A program made the position numbers and the translations under genes. Under the pieces are notes generated by a model, which saw only the letters and a program-made list of their open reading frames with translations, was not told the origin of the DNA and did not search any database. A DNA stretch of 63,409 nt from a virus (taxonomy: Duplodnaviria; Caudoviricetes), in the IMG/VR virus record IMGVR_UViG_3300033125_000241, positions 1 through 63,409 of that record. The stretch is one strand, 5' to 3'. The first letter of the stretch is position 1. Each line of letters starts with the position of its first letter. Below are positions 57,654-63,409 of this stretch, piece by piece.

Positions 57654-58169
57654 ATGATTCCTAAAGTTAAAAAGAAAATATATCACAGGCGACCAGAAAA
57701 AGTATACGAAAGGACTGAACCTAAGTATGACTTTCTAAAACATTGGACAATAATCAGAAAGTGGGCCATAGCAAACTATCAGCTTAAATCAACAGCCGAC
57801 CTAGAAATGATACTGTTTCTCTACTCAGAAAAACTTTTCACTAGAACACAATTCGATAATTACTCCAATATTATGTCTTGGGATAGAGAACGATTCAATA
57901 GATTATTAAGAGATGATTGGGTGTATATTTGGCGCAAACGTAGCCACCAAGAAGCTAACTTGTACGAAGTGTCATACAAGGCAAAAAAGATGGTTATATC
58001 CATCTATAAAAAATTGCTTGGACTAGAGCCTATTCCTGAGTCAGATAGACGTAATGTAGTGTTCAAAGAGAAAGCCTCATTTTCTCACAAGACTCTAGCC
58101 TTAGCAATTAAAAGTCATAACAAAGAACTTAAAGAACACAAACAACGTCCTTCTCCTGAATTACAGTAA
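57654..58169 (+). CDS. putative winged-helix regulator (lone + strand gene in the late arm)
   Basis: DLEMILFLY…RFNRLLRDDWV…LYEVSYKAK. Confidence 0.6.
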   Translation: MIPKVKKKIYHRRPEKVYERTEPKYDFLKHWTIIRKWAIANYQLKSTADLEMILFLYSEKLFTRTQFDNYSNIMSWDRERFNRLLRDDWVYIWRKRSHQEANLYEVSYKAKKMVISIYKKLLGLEPIPESDRRNVVFKEKASFSHKTLALAIKSHNKELKEHKQRPSPELQ

Positions 58170-58386
58170 GACGCTTGTTGTCTATCAATACGTCATGTCC
58201 TGCCGCCTTATCGAAGTATATATCGTCAGCTGATCTAATACCCTCAACTAACGAACCTACCTTAACAACTCTAGCCTTATTATATCTCAAATCACGCTTG
58301 TCGTCAATCGTCATTATTAGACCTGACTTATTCTCATTTGCGTCAGCAATTTTCTCGACAATCAAAAACTTATTTAGAACCTTCAT
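58129..58386 (-). CDS. groES: co-chaperonin GroES
   Basis: KSGLIM, ARVVKVG, DVVCVL; next to GroEL. Confidence 0.85.
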   Translation of the reverse strand: MKVLNKFLIVEKIADANENKSGLIMTIDDKRDLRYNKARVVKVGSLVEGIRSADDIYFDKAAGHDVLIDNKRLTVIQEKDVVCVL

Positions 58387-59926
58387 AATCTCTTACATTT
58401 GTGATAATAGCATTTGTACTCATAATTGTCGTTGCAACTGACACAGCATTTAATAGTGCGTTCTTAGTTACTTTTGTTGGGTCAATAATACCTAACTTAA
58501 CCATGTCACCATACTGCTCACCCTTCACGTCATAGCCACATCCATCAGGTCTGTTAAATAATATCTCGTCACTGTTCTTACCAGCATTTGTGACAATCTG
58601 TTTGAATGGTGCTTCTAGCGCATCAATCATTATAGCAGCAGCAGTACTTGAATAATCAGTAGATATGCTCGCATCCAACAACGCAACACCACCACCAGGC
58701 AATATACCATCCTCCAACGCAGCTTGAACCGCACACACAGCATCGTCAATCCGATCCTTCTTTTCCTTCTGCTCAATGTCACTCAACGCTCCTACATAGA
58801 TGACCCCCACACCACCAGACAAGTTAGCAATACGCTCGCTCAAGAAGTTCTTCTCATCCTCATTAGTACACTCACCACGCATCTCCTTCAACTCCTCAAC
58901 TCTTTGATTAATCGCTTCCTCTCTTGACTCACTATGCATGAACACTGTCATGTTGTTGCTAACAATAACCTTGGTAGCTCTACCTAAACTATCTAAGTCA
59001 ATCAACGACAAATCATCACCAGTGTCCTCAGAGTAATACACACCACCTAGGGCTACTGAAAGATCTTCCAGTAAGTCTTTCTTCCGGTATCCAAACGATG
59101 GAGGCAATATCGAACAAGCCTTAATCTTACCACCTGCAACATTAGCATTCAATGTATTCAATGCGTTCTGACCCAACTCACCAATGATCAATAATGACCT
59201 TCCTTGGCTTACTATTGGTACTAAAATACGCTCTAGATTCATGATGTTATTTATCTCATGGTCGCTGATCAAGATATACGGATTGTCTAACACACACTCC
59301 TGCTTCTTGAAATCATTGATGAATACCCTTGAGGCATAGCCTCTGTCGATTTTCATACCCTTAATTATCTCAACATATGTGCTTGTTGTTTGGCTGTTCT
59401 CAACAGTAACCATGTCAACCTCTCCAAAGGCATCAGCGATCATCTTGCCGACCTCTCTGTCATTGTTCGCGCTGATAGTAGCCACGTCAACAAGCTTCTT
59501 ACCGCTTAGCTTTTTAGATTTTTTGTCAAGTTGCTGGACTACTTGTCCAGTGATTTGGTTAATCTCACGTATCACCTCAGTGACGTTGTCTGTCTCTGAC
59601 AAATATTTGTCAGCAGCATCAATAATAGCCTCAGCCAACACAATACTTGTTGTCGTACCATCGCCTGCAACTGTTGCAGTACGCTCTGCCGCCTGACGCA
59701 TCATCATAACAGCCAAGTTCTCAGTCGGATCATACAAGTTGATTGACTTTGCTACAGTTACACCATCCTTTGTGACAGTCATACCCCCAACATGATTCTC
59801 GGATTCAATTAAAACTGTACGTCCTCTCGCTCCTAACGTACTTTTGACAGCTCCTGCTATCGTTTTGATGCCCTTCTTGAGCTTTTTTTGGCCTTCATCG
59901 CCAAAATGTACCTGTTTTACTATCAT
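58370..59926 (-). CDS. groEL: chaperonin GroEL
   Basis: TLGARG, TKDGVTVAK, AGDGTTT, GGGVAL, GIIDPTKV; start MIVKQV. Confidence 0.97.
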   Translation of the reverse strand: MIVKQVHFGDEGQKKLKKGIKTIAGAVKSTLGARGRTVLIESENHVGGMTVTKDGVTVAKSINLYDPTENLAVMMMRQAAERTATVAGDGTTTSIVLAEAIIDAADKYLSETDNVTEVIREINQITGQVVQQLDKKSKKLSGKKLVDVATISANNDREVGKMIADAFGEVDMVTVENSQTTSTYVEIIKGMKIDRGYASRVFINDFKKQECVLDNPYILISDHEINNIMNLERILVPIVSQGRSLLIIGELGQNALNTLNANVAGGKIKACSILPPSFGYRKKDLLEDLSVALGGVYYSEDTGDDLSLIDLDSLGRATKVIVSNNMTVFMHSESREEAINQRVEELKEMRGECTNEDEKNFLSERIANLSGGVGVIYVGALSDIEQKEKKDRIDDAVCAVQAALEDGILPGGGVALLDASISTDYSSTAAAIMIDALEAPFKQIVTNAGKNSDEILFNRPDGCGYDVKGEQYGDMVKLGIIDPTKVTKNALLNAVSVATTIMSTNAIITNVRDYEGSK

Positions 59927-59939
59927 TTTATTAGATTTA

Positions 59940-59968
59940 TGTCGCAAAAATAGTAAATATTTGCGACA
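59940..59968. promoter_or_regulatory. 9-bp inverted repeat overlapping the groEL promoter (TATTTTTG, 59945-59952, - strand)
   Basis: TGTCGCAAA-N11-TTTGCGACA. Confidence 0.55.
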
Positions 59969-59973
59969 AAATG

Positions 59974-60002
59974 AAAAAACCTCGACTTATTTGCCGAGGT
60001 TT
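59974..60002 (-). terminator. intrinsic terminator
   Basis: AAACCTCG/CGAGGTTT stem + T-run. Confidence 0.65.
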
Positions 60003-60031
60003 GGTCCATATTATGCAAATATGGAGTGGAA

Positions 60032-61261
60032 CTATCTATTCCTTCTGTTAGCTAGCTTAATTTTTGAATCAGTAGAGTTCCGATTCACAGCATTGTCAAT
60101 AGACTTGCGGATGTACTTGTCAGATTTAGCATACTTGTCAAATGTGTCTTGATTAGAACCCAAAAATCCAGCAAATGTCTTTGGTGTATTGACCTTAACC
60201 CTGCCAGTATTCTCTAGCTCTTGGCCTGCCGCAACACCAACGTACTCACGACCTACATTCTTGACATACTTACCTGCTAATTTGTTCTGACGCAACTCAG
60301 CATTGTAATCCCTCTTGAGACTCCTTCCTAATGCAACTCGCTCTCTATTACCTTCCTGTCTAGCTGTCTTTATATCAGCCTTCAAATCAGCCTTGCTCGC
60401 CTTCAACTCAGCTCGCTTCTCCTTGATAGAAGCCAGACCTTGATTCTCATAATTACTGAAATAAGCCTTGCCCTGATTTAAATACCGATCTCCCCTCTTA
60501 GCAACCAACTTCTCCTTAGTAACACCTGGTCTTAGTACCGGATTCTTACCTGCAACTCTCTGAGCAGCATACTTTAAGTTCTGTCCAATATACTCACCAG
60601 TCTTAACATCATAAGGCTTTACAATCCTAGACTTAGTCTTAACGCCACCAGCAGGCTTCCAGTCAGCCTTCTCAACTGGCTCAGATGTAGCTGAACCAAT
60701 AGCCAACTCACCCTTCTTAGTGGTTAATTTTGGTTTCAATAAAGTCATTCTATTCAACTTGACGTTCTTAGGATCGCCCAACTCATCTTTTAATTTAAGA
60801 CCATCATATTCCTTAGCCTTCAACCTATCACTCTCAGTCTCATACCTAGATTGATAACCAAAATTAGGAATGAACGATTGACCTGCCGATATACCCTTCT
60901 GACTTAAATACTTGTCGAAATCTTTTCCCTTAGCAGCCGCCCTAAACTCCTCTGGGTTGTAGTCAACACCATATATGTCTTTATAACTACTTGCCTTATA
61001 TCCCTTTGGTATTGCTACATCAGTTCTTTTACCAAGAATATCACTACCACTTATTGCACCCATGACAAACTTCCTAGTAGTCGGATCTATAGATGGGTCA
61101 TTTATACTTACCATCTTACCACTCTTAATAGAACTAGCGTAATCCTTGTTGGCCTGCTCAACAGTATACTTCCCCTCGTTTAAAGAAATCTTCTTTAACT
61201 TTACCTTACCGCCCTTTTTTGATACGGCTGGGTCATCACCATTGCCTCTCTTTAATGCCAT
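60032..61261 (-). CDS. large basic hypothetical protein
   Basis: 409 aa, K-rich. Confidence 0.75.
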   Translation of the reverse strand: MALKRGNGDDPAVSKKGGKVKLKKISLNEGKYTVEQANKDYASSIKSGKMVSINDPSIDPTTRKFVMGAISGSDILGKRTDVAIPKGYKASSYKDIYGVDYNPEEFRAAAKGKDFDKYLSQKGISAGQSFIPNFGYQSRYETESDRLKAKEYDGLKLKDELGDPKNVKLNRMTLLKPKLTTKKGELAIGSATSEPVEKADWKPAGGVKTKSRIVKPYDVKTGEYIGQNLKYAAQRVAGKNPVLRPGVTKEKLVAKRGDRYLNQGKAYFSNYENQGLASIKEKRAELKASKADLKADIKTARQEGNRERVALGRSLKRDYNAELRQNKLAGKYVKNVGREYVGVAAGQELENTGRVKVNTPKTFAGFLGSNQDTFDKYAKSDKYIRKSIDNAVNRNSTDSKIKLANRRNR

Positions 61262-61389
61262 GTTATCGTGAATCTTATAATTAATAAACTAATCTGCAAC
61301 TCATAGAACTCAAATTCCTCGTCAGACCCATAATACTCAAAACCAATTAATAAGCCATGAGGTAATAAATTCTCTATGATTATACTCAT
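61252..61389 (-). CDS. small hypothetical protein (45 aa, not in ORF track)
   Basis: MSIIIENLLPHGLLIGFEYY…; TAAATTTG at 61394-61401. Confidence 0.5.
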   Translation of the reverse strand: MSIIIENLLPHGLLIGFEYYGSDEEFEFYELQISLLIIRFTITWH

Positions 61390-61398
61390 ACCACAAAT

Positions 61399-61749
61399 TT
61401 AAATATTTTTCTTCAATTTGATTCTGTCAATCATACTTATTGGCTTCTCAATCGACTGCTTGCCAGGTCGGCTGACTACCTTCTTGCCCTCAGCTATCGT
61501 AGTAGTCTTTTTTAACTTGCCAGACTTGTCAAACTTCTCAACCTTTAGACTCTTCTCAACTAACGGCTTGCCTCCACGAATAGCCTCGAAATTCTCACCA
61601 GTGATATTCTTGCGGACAACATCACCCCTCTTTACAGCGGTTTTCTTCTCCGTCCAAACAACACCCCTGTAGTTCTCACTCTTGACCATCTTACCTGTCG
61701 ATGGGTCTCTCCGCATAGTCTTGTCAACGACCTTCGTTTCTCTTGGCAT
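61399..61749 (-). CDS. basic hypothetical protein; first gene of the - arm
   Basis: start MPRETKVV. Confidence 0.65.
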   Translation of the reverse strand: MPRETKVVDKTMRRDPSTGKMVKSENYRGVVWTEKKTAVKRGDVVRKNITGENFEAIRGGKPLVEKSLKVEKFDKSGKLKKTTTIAEGKKVVSRPGKQSIEKPISMIDRIKLKKNI

Positions 61750-61900
61750 ATTTATTTTTTGGTAAATGTACGTAATTTTTGGGTAATACCCCCATTCCAC
61801 GAAAAATGTCGCGCGAGGAAAACGATCTGAAAATTGGGTGGGGGGTGTTCGATTTGGTTTTTTTGGCTCAACTTTTCAGCTTTTTGCTAGCTAATCGATC

Positions 61901-61961
61901 TACCTGCCTGCCTGCCAATGAAACCAACATACATATGTACCTACCTACCTACCTACCTACC
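61901..61961. repeat. tetranucleotide repeats (CCTG)3 and (TACC)6
   Basis: direct reading. Confidence 0.85.
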
Positions 61962-62289
61962 TTGTAATATAATTTGCATTATGTTAAATAGAATAGCGCA
62001 CCAATCCGAACGAATGACTGAAAGCCAATTAGCCAAATCGCCATTAAACCAAGTATTATCTAGCGTTTGGGATGAGGGGGTTAGGTCGTATCTACTTTAC
62101 GATTTGCAAAACAATTTTGATCTCATCTATAATTTATTCGTGTAACTATCTAATTCATAACAAGTTAGCTTGTCATATCATTCGAATCATATGTCCCAAC
62201 TAAGTAAAACTACGTAGATCAATCTAAGTGTAAACACGTAATTATATAATCTTTTTGTTGAAAATTGTTGACAATCTAAAAAACTGACG

Positions 62290-62297
62290 TATCTTTG
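62290..62297 (+). promoter_or_regulatory. early promoter TATCTTTG with upstream TTG
   Basis: TAnnTTTG; TTGTTG at 62265-62270. Confidence 0.7.
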
Positions 62298-62517
62298 TTA
62301 TAAGCAAACGAGCTAAAAACAATACTTCAGATGTACGGGTGATGAACTTAGATTGCTGAATGTAGATTGAAACAATAAAACTAGATAGATTGCCTTTCGA
62401 GGATAAACAATTCAGATAGTGGTTTAAAGTAGATTAGTTTTTAGATAACATATTAAAGTTCTTTGATTATCGGCAAGTGAAAAAGATTGCAACAAAAAGA
62501 TAGAACGTAAAATAGCT

Positions 62518-62653
62518 GCTTATATGCTTGTTCTAGAGGTGGAAGACCTTGGTACAATAGACCTAAATTTTCTCTATTGTTTCGATAATATACCAAAGAA
62601 AATTACACAATAAATTTCTAACTTGTGGTAGTTCGATTCTACCTATATAAGCG
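62518..62653 (+). ncRNA. expanded tRNA-like RNA
   Basis: GCTTATATG/TATATAAGC stem, GGTAG-TTCGATT-CTACC T arm, GG-containing D-like loop, oversized anticodon arm. Confidence 0.55.
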
Positions 62654-62673
62654 CGGTGCAAGTTAACAATATA

Positions 62674-62720
62674 GGTGCATTCAGAATGGCTGATTAATGG
62701 AAGCGATATCCAATGCACCA
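62674..62720 (+). ncRNA. minimal tRNA-elbow-like element
   Basis: GGTGCAT/ATGCACC, TCAG-AATGG-CTGA, TGGA-AGCGATA-TCCA. Confidence 0.4.
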
Positions 62721-63341
62721 CTAACCAATTAAACCAATAACCATGAAAGTAGCTGATTTTTTATTAACTGCCATAACTTATTTTATGGGAGCATGCGCAT
62801 TCGTAGGAATCGTAATCGGATTTATTAATGTTGCTCTAGGCAATGTAATTTCATTTTAGCCATGTCAACAAAAATTTTAAAAATTGAGGGATGTTTCGAA
62901 ATTTGGGGATTCTTCTTGAACGGAATGCTAATTAAAACAAGCAAAGTAAAAATACCATTTAGCCATAGACAATGATAAAAGCAATAATCGAATTTTATAC
63001 TCCTTACCACAAAGACATAGTAGTGGTAAATAGAGATTTTAACGACATCAACCACATGAATAACTTCATTAATTATGTCTGCAAGAAATATAAGTATACG
63101 TTAAACGAAATATATTACTAGTCATGTTAGGAACATTTGTATATGTATTATTACTGTATTCAGTAGTAATAACACTAAAGTATTTATCAAAAAAATAGGA
63201 ATCATGGAAATAATAATAATCGGAATTTTAATTCTTTGGACAATCACAATGTTTAGTATTAATTAATTTAAAAATAGAAATTATGAAACGTATGGATAAA
63301 TTACAACGAGCAAGGGAATTTTGGAAAGAAATAAATAGATA

Positions 63342-63397
63342 GGTTAACTGATGATTCCTGAATGGATGAAATGCCGTAGCAATACGGCATATTAACC
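63342..63397 (+). ncRNA. type I hammerhead ribozyme
   Basis: GGTTAA-CTGATGA-stem II-GAAA-TGCCGTA(GCAA)TACGGCA-TA-TTAACC. Confidence 0.85.
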
Positions 63398-63409
63398 AAA
63401 ATAAATTAG

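Noticed and set aside
59940-59968. CIRCE/HrcA operator
   Set aside because: Does not match TTAGCACTC-N9-GAGTGCTAA.
1-63409. Prophage, diversity-generating retroelement or stop-codon recoding
   Set aside because: No integrase, repressor, reverse transcriptase or host flanks recognised; genes are intact in the standard code with TAA, TAG and TGA all used as stops.

Overview
The window looks like an essentially complete ~63.4 kb genome of a lytic, podovirus-like dsDNA phage of a Bacteroidota (Flavobacteriia-type) host. Host inference rests on ~15 TAnnTTTG promoters, A-rich starts without Shine-Dalgarno motifs, a DUF3127 SSB and a VirE/BT4734-type primase. The ends appear to join (…ataaattag|ccATG). 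The + arm (~62.3 kb through the junction to 20.9 kb) carries small early genes, a candidate origin, a C5 methyltransferase, a recombination module, a primase-SF3 helicase, an SF2 helicase, VRR-NUC and a phosphoesterase. The - arm (61.75 kb down to 20.9 kb) carries GroEL/GroES, basic proteins, lysis genes, terminase, portal, scaffold, capsid, tail proteins and ejection proteins, including a 3,489-aa polyvalent protein. I recognised no DNA/RNA polymerase, integrase or CRISPR array. The most striking signals are non-coding: (1) a promoter-proximal kissing-loop/loop-E leader RNA with covarying pairing in front of two unrelated HNH genes; (2) a type I hammerhead ribozyme just upstream of gene 1; (3) three non-canonical tRNA-like elements with missing or expanded anticodon arms. 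All assignments come from manual motif reading; no database search or folding program was run.
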